Assembly: GCA_002104905.1 (NCBI GenBank)
Contig: MCFE01000010.1
Coordinates: forward strand, 62,001-126,000
Direction: 5' to 3'
DNA from: Basidiobolus meristosporus CBS 931.73
Lineage: Eukaryota > Fungi > Basidiobolomycota
DNA length: 64,000 bases
In this document: one piece after another, positions 47,720-61,318 of the stretch
How positions within the stretch are numbered: position 1 is the first letter of the stretch
Layout of the letters: every line of letters starts with the position of its first letter
Made by a program: the position numbers and the translations under genes
The notes under the pieces: model-generated
Database searches by the model: none
What the model saw: only the letters and a program-made list of their open reading frames with translations
What the model was told of the DNA's origin: nothing

Positions 47720-50700
47720 GTGTCTGTTTGTGCCTTAACTTTGGGAACCAAACAGATTATGAATGAGTTTTTGCCTCAAATGACTAATTTACTACATGCT
47801 ATTTTTGTAGAGCTATGTGGGTTCTGAGAGCAATATGCACAGTACCCATCCAGGCAACAGTTCCAAAGCATCCAACAGTGGGTAAGTGAATACCTTCAGG
47901 AATCAGAAGCTGATCATCAAGAGGAAGAATACAGACTAACAGAAAAAGTGTCCAGATTGGGTGGGTGTACCTTGCTGGATTTCTTACCACTCTTTGCAAC
48001 TGCCACTTGCCAGTGCACATTAGTCCAAACTATGCAAACACCTTACACTAGAGTGCCCTGCATCAAGTCAATATGTGTTGGTTCAAGATGCACTCTTCAC
48101 AGCAAAACCACCAGAACTTGCCTAACTGCTCATTTAGACATACGTCCCTTGTTATGATCTGCCGCTTGAATGTTTAAGTTAGATCAGTTTTTAGTCAAAT
48201 CAATTAGTATATGTTTAGGTTATCAGTAGATCAGTATTATCTATCAAATCAGTAGCATTAGTCAGCAAATGAATCAGCAGATCCTTATCAGACAGAAATA
48301 GATATATTAAGTAGGATCTTATTGGGTGATGATGATGCAAGCAAATGGGTCATCAGCCATAACCTGCATTAGAAAATACAATTAGTCAGCAACTGATCTG
48401 GCAAAATATATATAAGCAGCTGCTGGAATCAGAATAAAGATCAGTTCAAGTTTTAGTGAATACAATACTAGCTAAACTCCCTGTTCCTCTACAACTCTTA
48501 TACCACAACTTGTAACATTGGTAGAAGCAATAACCAGACATAACAAGATCAGGTCAGCCACTATGATGGGATGCTCTACAATCTCTACCTGGGATGAGTT
48601 TGTGTTGGAAATTCAGGATGCTTTTGAACCTCCACACCAGCAGATACTACTAAGAAGGAAGTTAAAGATACTCAGACAGAAAGGAATGGTGCAAGAATAT
48701 ATCTATGAGTACAGATGTCTACTTGGACAAATTGAAAGAATGGACCCCTTGGATCAAGTTGAATACTTTATTGATGGGTTAAAAGAAAGAACTCGCAAGG
48801 AAGTGAATTATTGAAGACCTCAGACTATTGAAAAAGCCATCAAGATTGCCATTGACTATGACTCAGCTATGTTTGGAGTTGGGAAGCCTATAGTGACTAA
48901 TCAGAAAGGCTACTATCATTATGAAAGATGACAGTCAGAACCAGTACCAATGGAAATAGACACTATGCAGAAGAATCCTGCCTTGGGATAATGTAAGAAG
49001 AAAGGACTTTGCTTCAATTGCCACCAGCAAGGACATATTGCAAAGTACTGCCCTCAGAGAAGAAATTGACATCAGCCATCAAGAACCTTTAACCATATTG
49101 AGGCCATGGAGCATAGTAACATGGAGGATGAACTTGAAGAAGACTCAGAACTCACCTTCCACATGACAGAAGAATACCTATCCCAGATGACCTCAAACTC
49201 AGGAAAGCTATTATACTTGAATGGAGTATGATTGACTCAGGAGCATTGCATGAGTACATGTCAGAGCAATTTGCTTTGAAAGCTGGAATCAACTCAGAAC
49301 CTACCAAATCAACTTCAGTCTCCACAGCTGATGGGAACTCTCACATAATCAACCGTATTACCCAGCCAGTAAGAATGAAGATCAATGACTATGAAGAAGA
49401 CCTACAGGCTTATATATTTGGGAACTGCAAGTTTGACCTTGTACTTGGAAAAACCTGGCTATTTTGTTGTAATCCATCAATCAACTGGAGAACCCATGCT
49501 ACTCAGATCCAAAAAGACAACAAGACCTATGAGCTATTACCTGCCAGGCTGGATTTCAACTTGGTCAATTCCAGTATGTGTGAGACAAGTGAACTTAGCA
49601 AGACCCAGTTCTGTAGAGCACTTAGAAAAGGTACTAAGATGTTCCTCATGGCGGTATTACAGGAGGATTCCTCCACCCCAGCACCCCAGCAGGTCCAGAC
49701 TCTCTTGAAGAAATATTCAGACATGTTCCCAGATGAGCTTGTAAGCCTACCACCAGTCAGAGATGTGGATCATGCCATTGACACAGGAAATAGCCCTCCA
49801 GTGAGCAAGACACCTTACAGAATGAGTCCATTGGAATTGGAGGAAATGAAGAGACAAATTGAGCAGCTATTGGAGCAAGGATACATCAGGCCCAGCAAGT
49901 CACCCTGGGGAGCACCAGTGCTTTTTGTGAAAAAGAAAGATGGAACACCTAGGATGTGCATTGACTACAGAGCCCTGAACTCAGTTACCGTCAAGAATAA
50001 GTACCCCATACCTTGGATTGTTGAGCTTTTGGACCAACTTAATGGAGCCACTATTTTCAGCAAGATTGACCTGATGTCAGGATACAACCAAATTAGGGTA
50101 AAACCAGAAGATATTCCTAAGACAGCATTTAGGACCAGATATGGACATTACAAGTACTTAGTCATGAGTTTTGGCCTCACTAATGCCCCTGCAACATTCA
50201 TGATGCTGATGCAGACTGTCTTCAGGAGTACTTAGACAAATTTGTGATAATCTACCTGGATGACATATTGATATACAGCAAGACAGAAAAGGATCACATG
50301 GTGCACATTGAAAAGGTCTTGAAGAAACTAAGTGAGAACAAGCTATATGGCAAGCTAGCCAAGTGTGAATTCTTCAAGGAACACGTTGAATACCTGGGAC
50401 ACATAGTGACTAGCACAGGAGTGACCTCAGACCCTAAGAAGGTTGAAGTTATTAAGAATTTGAAGCAGCCCCATAGCATATCAGCACTCAGATCATTCCC
50501 TGGAATGGTTTCCTATTATCAGAGATTTGTCAAGTCTTTTGCAAGTATTGCAGCCCCTTTAACTGATATCCTCAAGAAAGACAATACCTACAAGTGGGAC
50601 ATAGCTTGTGAGACTGCCTTTCAGATGCTCAAGAATGAACTTGCTAAGCTGCCAAGCTTAGGAATACCAGACTTCAGAAAAGAGTTCACTCTGTGCACAG

Positions 50701-53360
50701 ATGCTTCAGATTATGCAATTGGTGGAGTGCTGAGCCAAGAACACAAGGGAAAGGACTACCCTGTTGCCTTTGAATCCAAGATCAAATGCACTGTGAAGAC
50801 TGATCATGCTTCCCTCAAGTATATATTTACTCAGAAGGTACTTTCTAGAAGAATGACAAGATGGAGTGAATACATTCAGCAATTTGACCTGGTGATTGTC
50901 TACTGCCCTGGAAAAAACAACACGGTTGCTGATGCCTTATCAAGATTAGATCAAGTTGCACAACTCAACTTGGTACATGAATCAGATTAGCATAGCCTAT
51001 TACCAAAGTACTTGAAGGACCAAGCCATTCCTAATGGAGCGGATGAAGATATCAAGAAGATAATCCGTGATGAAGCCAGCAAATTTGTAGTACAGGATGA
51101 AACACTCTACCAAATTGTTGATGGAAGCCCTGTTGCCTATTGCCCTTATGTTTCTTGCCTGGATTTAATACATAAGCTACACAATGGATATGGACATCTT
51201 GGGATTGAAGGAACCTATAGCCTTGTGAAAGCCAGAGCATGGTGGCCCAGAATGAAACAAGATATTGAGAAGCTAGTGAAAACATGCCCAAACTGCCAAA
51301 TCAATCAAGGCCAGCCACAAAGAATTGCCAAACTCTTCCCTTTGGAGCCTGTAAGACCATTTGAGAGATGGGGAATTGACTTTGTTGGAAGTCTGCCAAC
51401 TACCAGGAAATGCAACCGTTGGATTCTAGTAGCAATTGACCATGCTACTTAATAGCCAGTTGCTAAAGCTGTATCAATAGCCAGTGAACAAGAAGTTGCA
51501 AGTTTCATTTACCATGAGATCCTGATGAAGTTTGGATGCCCTGTGGAGATCTTATCTGATAGAGGAGCAAACTTTATGGCAAAGACATTAGAGGCTTACC
51601 TGGAAATGCAGCAGATCAGACACTTGAAAACCTTGGCATATCACCCCAGAACTAATGGAGTCACTGAGTGGTTTAATGAATTATTTGGAAAAATGCTCAC
51701 CAAGTATGCAAATGGAGTTGTCAGTAGATGGGATGAGTATATAGACTAAGCACTCTTTGCATGCAGAGTCAGAGTACACAACACCACCCAGCAATCACCA
51801 TTTTACTTAGTGTATGGATGTGAACCAAGGATTCCAGGAGATCTCACACAACCAAAGCTTACAGACACCTTAGAAGATGAACTCAGTCAGCCAAGTAGAC
51901 ACCAGCAACTGGAACAAAGACGTCAAGAGGCACAAACCAAAGTATATCAAAGTGCAGAAAAGATGAAGCAGAGATTTGATAAGACTATAGCACCAGAAGC
52001 ATTGACAGTTGGGAACTTTGTATTGCTAAGAAGCAACACTTGGAAGAAGTTTGAGCCACAATGGACACAACCATTCAAGATCATCAGAGAATGTCCATTT
52101 GCAACTTACCAACTGGTGGACAAACAAAGCAATATCCAGGAAGACTTAGTGCATAGGGACAGACTCAAGCTTGCATACTTGCTGATAATACTGAACCATC
52201 AAGATATTGGTATCACAAGAAAAGAGATTCAGGAGAACCCTCTCAACTTTAGTAGGGGAGAATGTTATGATCTGCCACTTGAATGTTTAAGTTAGATCAG
52301 TTTTTAGTCAAATCAATTAGTATATGTTTAGGTTATCAGTAGATCAGTATTATCTATCAAATCAGTAGCATTAGTAAGCAAATGAATCAGCAGATCCTTA
52401 TCAGACAGAAATAGATATATTAAGTAGGATCTTATTGGGTGATGATGATGCAAGCACATGGGTCATCAGCCATAACCTGCATTAGAAAATACAATTAGTC
52501 AGCAACTGATCTGGCAAAATATATATAAGGAGCTGCTGGAACCACAATAAAGATCAGTTCAAGTTTTGGTGAATACAATACTAGCTAAACTCCCTATTCC
52601 TCTACAACTCTTATACCACAACTTGTAACACCCTTAGAGCAGCCAAAGTTTCATTAACAAGCAGCATCACATTGAACTCAGGTAAGGGCCATGCCAATGC
52701 ATCAAGTTGATTGGACTCCTTGCTGGGATTATGCACTTTCTCAAAGTTTGATCCTTCTGCACATTCCATAACTTGCATTTTGCTCATCATGACCTCCTTG
52801 ATATATAGCCTTTCTCTTCTCTTAGTGTCATCTTCAAGGGCCAAGGCCTCTTGCTCCATAACCATATATCCTAGTTAGCAGCTCTTAGCAACAGCAGTGC
52901 TTTTCTGTCTTTTATAACTTCTGGTGGACAAGGCAGTCTTTATCTGGAATGAAGGCACAACACCAAAGCAAAGTAGACTCCCATAATATAGCAAGCTTGA
53001 GGCTCATAACCTGCCAAAATATTAGAGAGATATATTGGAGGAAAAATGGAGAATTAGAATAAATATTCAATATTCATAGGTTGATTTATTGAGTTGCAAC
53101 ACAATAGTGATATTTATTGCAGAACCAAATAAACGTAACTATTTGGTCAGTATTAAGGGAGTCTCAGGAGTTCATGTGCCAAGTTTTAGCTCATTTGGAT
53201 AAGTTTCAGATTTTCCTAAAATTCTTTACCTCACTTATTCCCAATAGTTGGTGAGTTTCTGACAAACTAATTTCTAATTTACTATTCTGATACTCATCAT
53301 TTAACCAAGTGCCAGTTCATAATATATTAATAATTAGCTGGACTTGTACTTTCTTCAACA
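47720..53360 (-). mobile_element. Degenerate copia relic H (5' LTR 53012-53360, PBS, gag/protease remnants), split by G1
   Basis: PBS complement ggctcataacc at 53001-53011 abuts an LTR homologous to 56921-57268; gag-like frame at 52636-52865. Internal assignment is tentative. Confidence 0.6.
48150..52630 (+). mobile_element. Ty3/gypsy element G1, 368-bp LTRs, internally deleted
   Basis: LTRs 48150-48517 and 52263-52630; TSD CCCT; PPT agtaggggagaa. Gag PVPMEID and CFNCHQQGHIAKYC, PR IDSGA, RT YLDD, IN WGIDFVG. Gag N-terminus and part of RNase H (VAFESK|IKCTVKTDH) are missing; stops present. Confidence 0.93.
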
Positions 53361-54113
53361 TCTTCTCCTATACCATTTGGAGTGCACTCTTTGGTCATAA
53401 AAATAATGCAAAGGCCTCTGTGCTACAGCAGATTTTCATCTTCACCTTTCAGATTTGGGAGTCAAATCCATCCAGTTTTTTGGCAAGGGTCAAAGTTGCC
53501 ATAATAGCTGCAGTTGTACTCCAGAGAGTGGTGGCTTGGGGCTCATAACCTGCTGTAAGAGTGTATGACATATATAATGGCTTATTGAATGTAAAAGCAG
53601 TATTAATACTTTAAATGGCCTTGGCAAAGCAAACATGTAAAGCATGTAATGCTTTTGGCTACTTGCACAATTTGGCAAATTCCAATGTCCTGGGTATGTG
53701 GTAATCCAAACAAAACATTGCAAGTAAATCCCCATAAGAAACTAAATCAAAATTCTCAAGGATTTGTAGGAGATGCTCTAAGTAGCCAACTCAGGTGATG
53801 TCAGGTGTAATTACAGATTGTGGTTTTCTCTTAATGATACTGAGTGTTGAAGTAGTATTTCTGCTTTAACATACCCTTAGCATGAAAAGCACTAAAAATA
53901 TGCTTATGAGGGTCCCAAGAATACATGTGCAAAGCGTGGGTGTTTTTGGAAAACTTAAGATAGTTTTCATACTCCGGGTACCTGGAATCTTTGGAAAATA
54001 TTTTCATTATATATCAGCAAAGAATTTGGTCAGTAGTCTCCAAGATTTGTAGCTAATGATCTGAGTGACTAAGATAGGTGAGTATTTTGGTGAAACTGAG
54101 AATATTTACCACA
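53361..54113 (-). mobile_element. Old D-related copia relic (gag start, PBS, two degenerate LTR-like segments)
   Basis: ggggctcataacc at 53538-53550 followed by diverged D-like LTR sequence repeated twice. Confidence 0.6.
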
Positions 54114-54140
54114 CTTTGTAGATGCAATATAGTGTTAAAA

Positions 54141-56920
54141 TGCTATGAGCTACCACTTTAATCTTTAAGTTAGATCAGGTTTTAGTCAAATCAATTATTT
54201 TTATGCTTAGCTATTAGTGTATCTGTGTTATTTATCAAACTAGTAGTATTAGTCAGCAGATAAATCAGCAGATCTTTATCAGACAGAAATAGCTATATTA
54301 AGTAGGATCTTATTTGGTGATGATGATGTAATCAAATGAGTCATCAGCCACATCCTGCATTAGGAAATACAATTAGTTAGCAACTGATCTGGCAAAATGT
54401 ATACAAGGAGCAGCCAGGATCTCAATAAAATCTGTAAAGTTTCAGTGAATACAATACTAGCTAAACTCCCTATTTCTGTACTATTCATATATCAAGTTTT
54501 GTACAAAAGCACTGAACCAGGAGTGCTTCACAATTTATAAGATCATACAGGGAGAGTTTTGGGCTAGCATATTAATTCTCATATATGGACTAATTTAAAT
54601 CTCACAATAGGAAATTAATAATATCATGTTACATATGAAGTAAGCAGTGCAGTTGAGGCTGCAAATGAGCCCTATAGTAGCTAACACTAGTCTAAAGAGC
54701 TTAAGCAAAGTATCAGCTGCAGAATGACACCAAGTGGCTCAATATTTTGGTACCTCTGTGGCACTAACTAAAATATGATTCTAGCTTCCCTCTGAACCTT
54801 GGAGCAGTTCCCAGCTAATGTTTTGTTAACATATGTGTCTCCATTTTGTTTCCTGGCAGTAAGCAAAATCTACCAAGTTTTTCTCTACAGCCTCACTTAA
54901 AAAGTGATATTTTGCATGTGTGTGCCTGATGCTGAAGTACTTGAGACCTTGAAAACATTCTGCTGCTAAATAATTGCATAACAATTACGTACAGGTCTCA
55001 GCAAGTGCTGGACTCAAATAAAGCATCCCTTTGCTATCTTCTATCAATCCATGATCTGATGTTACCTCCTCTGCCAACAAGCTTAAAAGAGGACATCTAC
55101 TATGTATTGTACATCAATCCAGAAACTGTTAAAAAATTTACCTGATTGTTGTGATGCACTTCCAACAGTGCTGCATTTTATTGTATCTACAATGACACAA
55201 GTACTGATATACTTTATGCATTAGCAATAGCTTAGTGGTTATCACTATTTGTTATTTGGTACTGAGAATCTAAGAACTACATAAGTTGCAATTGATTTCC
55301 TACCATGATGAGTTGATCTATTCTTAAGATGACCTGCTAACAGAATAATAAAGAACACTTTGCTGTAAAGAAGAAGCTTAATCCAACAGAAACTGGCCTT
55401 GGAAAATCAAGATTCAGATCCATCATCAGGGAAGTTAACTGTGAGATATAGTTAGAGGAGAAAAGGTTTAGGCCAAAGGAGCATCAGCAGAAGCTGTGAA
55501 GCTTCAATAGAGATAAAAGAAGGTATTGCACACCATATGTGTAACTTGCTTGCTCTATTGGATAGTAAACTTGATCCATTGAATGGTGCTACATAGTGCC
55601 AGCCTGGTTATAGTGCAGGATTGATCTGTCACTCTATGGTGCATTCTTGCACCACAATATCTATCATAATGCCATTGGTAGGATACAGTTAGCCATTTAG
55701 ATTGCTACTGACTATGACACAGCTATGTCTGGAGTTAAAAGCCTACAGTCACTAATCAAAAAAGCTTTGATCATTATGAAGGAAGACAAAAGGAAGCAGT
55801 GCCAATGGAAACAGATGTTGTGTGCAGAGTCCCAGCTCAGATGAATGTAAGATGAAAGGACCTTTTTTCAGTTGCCACTAGCATGGGACATCCTAAAGTA
55901 CTGCCCTCAGGAAAGAAATGAAGAGTAGTCTACAAGAACCTCAGCCATATTTAAGTCCAAGTATGTAGTGATGTAGAAGACAAACTTGGAGAAGACTCAG
56001 AGCTCACCTCCCAAATGAAAGACAAATACTTATCCCAAATGACCTCAAACACAGGGAAACTTTTACACTTGAATGAAGTAATTAATGGAGTACCTGCCAA
56101 GTTCATGGATGACTCAGGAAGTGTTGAAATACTGAACTATTTGGTATCATTGAGCAGCTGATAACTTACCTAACAGTTTTGAACTAGTTTTGGTTACTGT
56201 AGGGCTAACTAACAGCCCTGACTTTGCCACTTTTGTCAGATCTATAATCCTATGATTATTCCCCTATAGTTAAGATCAAATAAGCATATTTATCAAGCAT
56301 TATGTGCTAACCTTAAGACTATTACAGAATGCTCCTGAGTGCTGAGAAGCACTCCTTGCTTGTTGTTACCGTTGGATTACTTCTACAAAAGTACAAATAC
56401 TGCGCTTTGTATGAATAAACAATAGTGCAACTATTATCACTATTTCTTGATAACATCCCTTTATGCAAATCACTTCTAAATTGCAACAGGAGCAATACAC
56501 AAGTATAGGCCTGAGGTATTTGCCTTAGCAGATGGAACCAACTGAGAACCTACCAGGACATTTTCAATTTAAAAGCAGCTGATGGGAACTCTTATATTAG
56601 AAACCATATTACTCAGCCAGTAATATGAAGATTAATGAGTATGAAGAAGACCTAGACCCCTACATCATTGGAAGCAGCATTTTTGTCCTTCTACGTGGAG
56701 AAACATGGCTACTCAATCATAATCTATCAACTAATTGGTGAGCACATGCTACTCAGATCCAAATTGACCAGCAAACAGATAAGTTACTACCTGCCAGACT
56801 GGACTGCTACTTGGTCAATACCGGTGTGCTTGACAAAACTGAGCTTAACAAGGCACAATTCTGTAGAGCACTTAGAAAAGGTACCCAGATGTTTCTCATG
56901 GTGATGCTGCAGGATGATTC
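54141..56920 (+). mobile_element. Old gypsy relic G2 (LTR 54141-~54505, leader, gag, protease)
   Basis: LTR is a diverged homolog of the G1 LTRs; 55700-56900 aligns with G1 gag/PR DNA. Confidence 0.8.
56122..56488 (+). repeat. Solo LTR F inside the G2 protease active-site motif
   Basis: Homologous to 44984-45352; splits gactcagga|gca; flanks GGAAG / GGAGC (imperfect TSD). Confidence 0.8.
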
Positions 56921-57268
56921 TGTTGAAGTTTCAAAGAGATATATTGGAAGTGAAATGGACAATTAGAAGATTCAGATGATATTCACTTGTTGATTTATTG
57001 AGTTGCAATATAGTATTTATACCTATTGCAAAACTACATACATGTCACTATTTGCTCATTATTTAAGGACTCTTAGGAGTACATGTGCCAAGTTTCAGCT
57101 CATTAGGTCAAGTTTCAGGTTTTCCCAAAATTCTGTACTTCATAACTACTAATAATAAGCAAATATCTTACAAGCTAATTTCTAAGTCTATTTTCTGAAA
57201 TATGTCATTTTACCAAGTGCTAGCTCATAATATATTTTTAGTTAGGTGGATTCCTACTTAGTTCAGCA
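56921..57268 (-). repeat. Copia H-family 3' LTR
   Basis: Homologous to 53012-53360 and followed by the PPT complement ctcccact. Confidence 0.7.
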
Positions 57269-58277
57269 CTCCCACTAACATAATATACTCAAATACTTAT
57301 GAGCTTGCTGTAGTGTTGTGTGACTTCTGGTTGAAACTGAACCTTGCCCTATGAAAAATAATTTGGTCCTGCAGGTGGATCCAATCCAGATCAGCCATCA
57401 AGATCCTCTTTAGAGACCGTCACAATAGCAGCAGCTTGGAATTAGTCAACTTCCTAGCAATCTTATAACAGTATCATAATGGTGTTTTGCTAATTTTACA
57501 ACCAAATACAGGGATAAAGCTTTACTATATTTTATTGGTGCTAGGAAGTTGTTTGCATGGTATTGTTGCGGTCTCTCAGTGCTCTATAACTATGTTAAGT
57601 GGATCCAGTTAGCCAGGACATCTAATTGCCTTATATGGCAAGAAACTTGACAGTATTTCAACAGCTTCACAGCAAAACTCTGATGGCATTATATTGGCAG
57701 TATGGCGGCCTATTGCTGGTTCTATAAATTGCTACTGTACCAATTTACCAAATGGTATTTCCTTTTTCTACCTCCCCTTGTGCACTTAATATATTACACT
57801 CTAGAATTACCCCTCTTTATTTGCTTGCCCACTACTACCTTGGGTATCCCACACATAGTTTGAATCAAAAAAACTATGGCCTCCTGCTAACTAACCTCTA
57901 CAAACATGCACACCTGCTGCAATTGACATTTCTTCTATCACCTCAACTTTACGGCTTTTTAGTGTGATACTTGCAAAGTTGCCATATACCTTGTACTGCT
58001 GGTAACAAATACATCTTGCAAAAATATGCTTGGTTGTTGCCACTTCTGCCATGAATACCTCCTGATATCCGCAAAGTACTTCTTGGTATTAAGCCAATAT
58101 ATTTCTTCTCCCTGCTTGATTCTAGTCCCCCTTATAGGTGCACTCTAGCTTTTATTTGCTGATTCCATATTGAATGGTGTAGAATTTGGCTTGTGACCAC
58201 AAGATATCCGGCATATCTTGGTAGAGTTTTCCTGATAAAAATTAGTTGCTTGTGCACCTAACCCAACTTTTCATTAC

Positions 58278-60507
58278 TTAACTGATTACCCACACATTGG
58301 GGCTGCTTAGCTTCTTAATGCCATAGGCATAGGTGTCTCCATGTGCACATTTGGCCTCAGTATTTTCCAACTCTTTCTGGCTGTCCTCCATGTGCCATCT
58401 CATCACATCCCTGACGGCCTTGAAGGTAATGTTTTTGATGAGATTAAGATATGGTAGTACCTGCAACTTGACTTGTCTTCCTGTATCCCCACACATCCAC
58501 TCCATAGTAAGCTCCCAAAAGGTGAGCCAAGGCCCAATATTCTCCACACACCATGCAAGATGGAGAAGAGAATGGATACAGTAGTGGCAGAGATCTACGC
58601 GCTCAGCTTTATGTTTGCAGTATAGCCACTCAAATCCCGTCACAAACTTCTCACACAACAGCTGTAGATGCGTCAAGTTGGCATTGGTGATTGGCTTCTG
58701 GATAAATGTTCCTACAATGTCCACACACAACTCCCAATGATTCCAATGTACTCTTGGTAGGAATGGCTTCACAACACCACTTGAATAAATACATGTCTAG
58801 TTCATCCAGTCTTTGCATTTGTATTGTTGCATATGTGTATGAATATTAATTGGAGCCTGTGAGAAGTACTTAGGGTAGCGGATACTCAGTAATATCTTGC
58901 CAATTCTTTCATATTTTTCCAGTGTCTCAAAGAGCTCATTTAGCTTGAAATGCCCTATGTACAACTTGGTCATTGGTATAGGGATATTGTTGAAAAGCAA
59001 ATGCATTGCTCTCAGTGGAAAGCTTTTACTCCAACAGATACCCTCTATCTTAAGTATCTCTAGTTTCCAATTGATTCTATATTATGGCAAATGGCTTATA
59101 GCATGCCAACTTTGCTGCAAATGCATGCTTACTTCTGTACATTCTATCTGTAGAAAGATGATGTTCTTAGTGCTGGTGTTTGGGTAATAATAATGTGTGT
59201 AAGTTATGGAGTAAATCCCCTGGATCTCACACATTTGACAGCATCACCATCCATTGTGCCCGGAAAAACCTGCTATCTTGCTGATGGCTGGGGTATCTCC
59301 AATGCAGATAACAATATATGCTTTTATATGACAGCCATTTGCCATTATCCTGCTGGAAAGCATACAAAACTCATCCAGCAATGAATACAGGTAGCTATCC
59401 AGGTTGAATGGTGATTTAGGCCCAGATACCAGAGAGACTACCATCAGATTATTGCTCTGATACCATAAAATGGGTGGCATATTTATATTGATGAGAATCA
59501 GTGGCCAACAGGATTTGCTGGTAGAGTACTTGTTTAATGAAAATCCATCAAGTGCTAAAGCATAGGCATGGTTATACATACCTTGAAAGCAGCCCTTGCT
59601 TCTTAGCTGTTTGTAATGTTTGCCATTGAATATATTAGATATTTTGTTGCTTGATTGATACTGAGGGCAATACTGTATAGCTTTGCAAAATTTGTTGGAC
59701 TGCATCAGCTTCCTCAAATGGGGTATGACTGGAATATATCCAGAGTGTGAACAATGTTTTCCCTCAATGGTGGTGGGTTCCTGACAATTTGGACACATTG
59801 CAGTGGTAGCATTTTGGATGTGAATGCCATGCAACTGTCAACACATGCTGAAATCAGGACAGTCTCTGGATCATATGTTGCCAGCTGCATGACAGTTGTC
59901 CACTTGTACCATGTACATGGTTAGTTGTATTCTGGTGTGATTTTGGCAAGAAGTAGTATTAAATCCTTAAAGCCCCATTACTAATATTAGTGGAAACACA
60001 CTACTTCTCTGGCTACAACATTACATCATTCAGCAGTTGTTGAATTACTGGGCTCACTTGGCTCCATAAAGTATCCTTGGCATTTGTTTCATCAGGTGTT
60101 GTCTCATTGCATATAGGGATTTGGCTGGGCTCATACATGGTACTATTGTCAGGGGAGATACGCTCAAATCCATTGATGAACCTTCTCTGTCAGAGCTATC
60201 ACTCTGCATGCCATATTCAGAAGGCTGGGGTGAGCTTAATGGTGTCATAAACTCACCTGACTCAGTTTGCACAAGGTGACAAAGACAGCCAGGTGCCAAT
60301 ATAGAAGTATCAACTGGCTGGCAAGATAATGTGGTACAGTAGTGACCAATGAGCGGTCAAGTATGACTTGGGTGGCAAAACACTGGCCGTGATCCTTGTA
60401 ATACTTCCTATGCTGTCTGCATGCTTCATGGCTGAGAGGCTTGTCACAATTGCCTCATGGTCTTTTTTCTCTCTCTTATGCCATTGAGTCAAAGTAGTCT
60501 TGTCCAT
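58278..60507 (-). pseudogene. EnSpm/CACTA tnp2-type (Transposase_21-like) transposase of E2
   Basis: NIFNGKHYKQL, LALDGF, SCWPLILININMPP, GPKSPFNLDSYL, GDTPAISKIAGFSGHNG; multiple stops. Confidence 0.88.
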
Positions 60508-61318
60508 GGTGCAAACAGTGGACCTTCAACAATGTAATGCTATTATATCACATTTTAGTCAATACTCAGGTGAACTTAAGACAGTCTTGTATTTGAGACA
60601 CTGCACCTACAACAATGTAAGATTCAATGATAACCTGCCATAGTAAGCATTATAAATAAAGTTGTGGCACCACATACATACATATATATAACACTATTTC
60701 CCCTTTGGTTTGACTCACTTCCATATGTATGCCATCATAGAATAAATCAAAGTTGTCTGGTTCTCAACCAAACCCCACCACTGCTGATGGTAACAGAAGA
60801 ATGGTTGGACAACAGCTTGCTTTGACCTTCAGTGCAACAAGCAGGGGCTACATCCAAAAAAGGCCCTGTGGACAGTGTGCCCTTGAAGGTAATAATGTGG
60901 ACTCCTTAGGCTCTCAGTCAGTATGGCAATTGAGAACCTCTGCAGAGCCACAAGTTGACTGTTATGCTCAGGCAGATGAGGAATGTAGCAAATGCAGTAC
61001 CCTCAGCTTGAAGATCCAGCAAGTGGCCACATGATAACATTGCACCACCACATATTAGCAAGTATTGTTGTCAGCCATACCAAAGCATTAATGAAGCAAT
61101 TAGGTGCAGTGGCTGATAGGATAGATGCAATGGCCCAGAGAAATCAGGAAATAGTCCAGAAACAGGAATGATGCAGATAATATGTGTAGAGCAATCAACA
61201 TCCCAGGTAGAGAAAGCGGTATCTTTAGCCACAAAGAAGGAACCAAGCTAGCTCAATGATCACAGCCAAGAATTGAGCCATTTCCAATGTAATCAGCAGA
61301 AGAACACCTGTACAGTCT

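Noticed and set aside
48518-48535. tRNA PBS for gypsy G1 (ttggtagaagc)
   Set aside because: Gag coding sequence follows the LTR directly, suggesting the leader was deleted, so the TGG may be coincidental.
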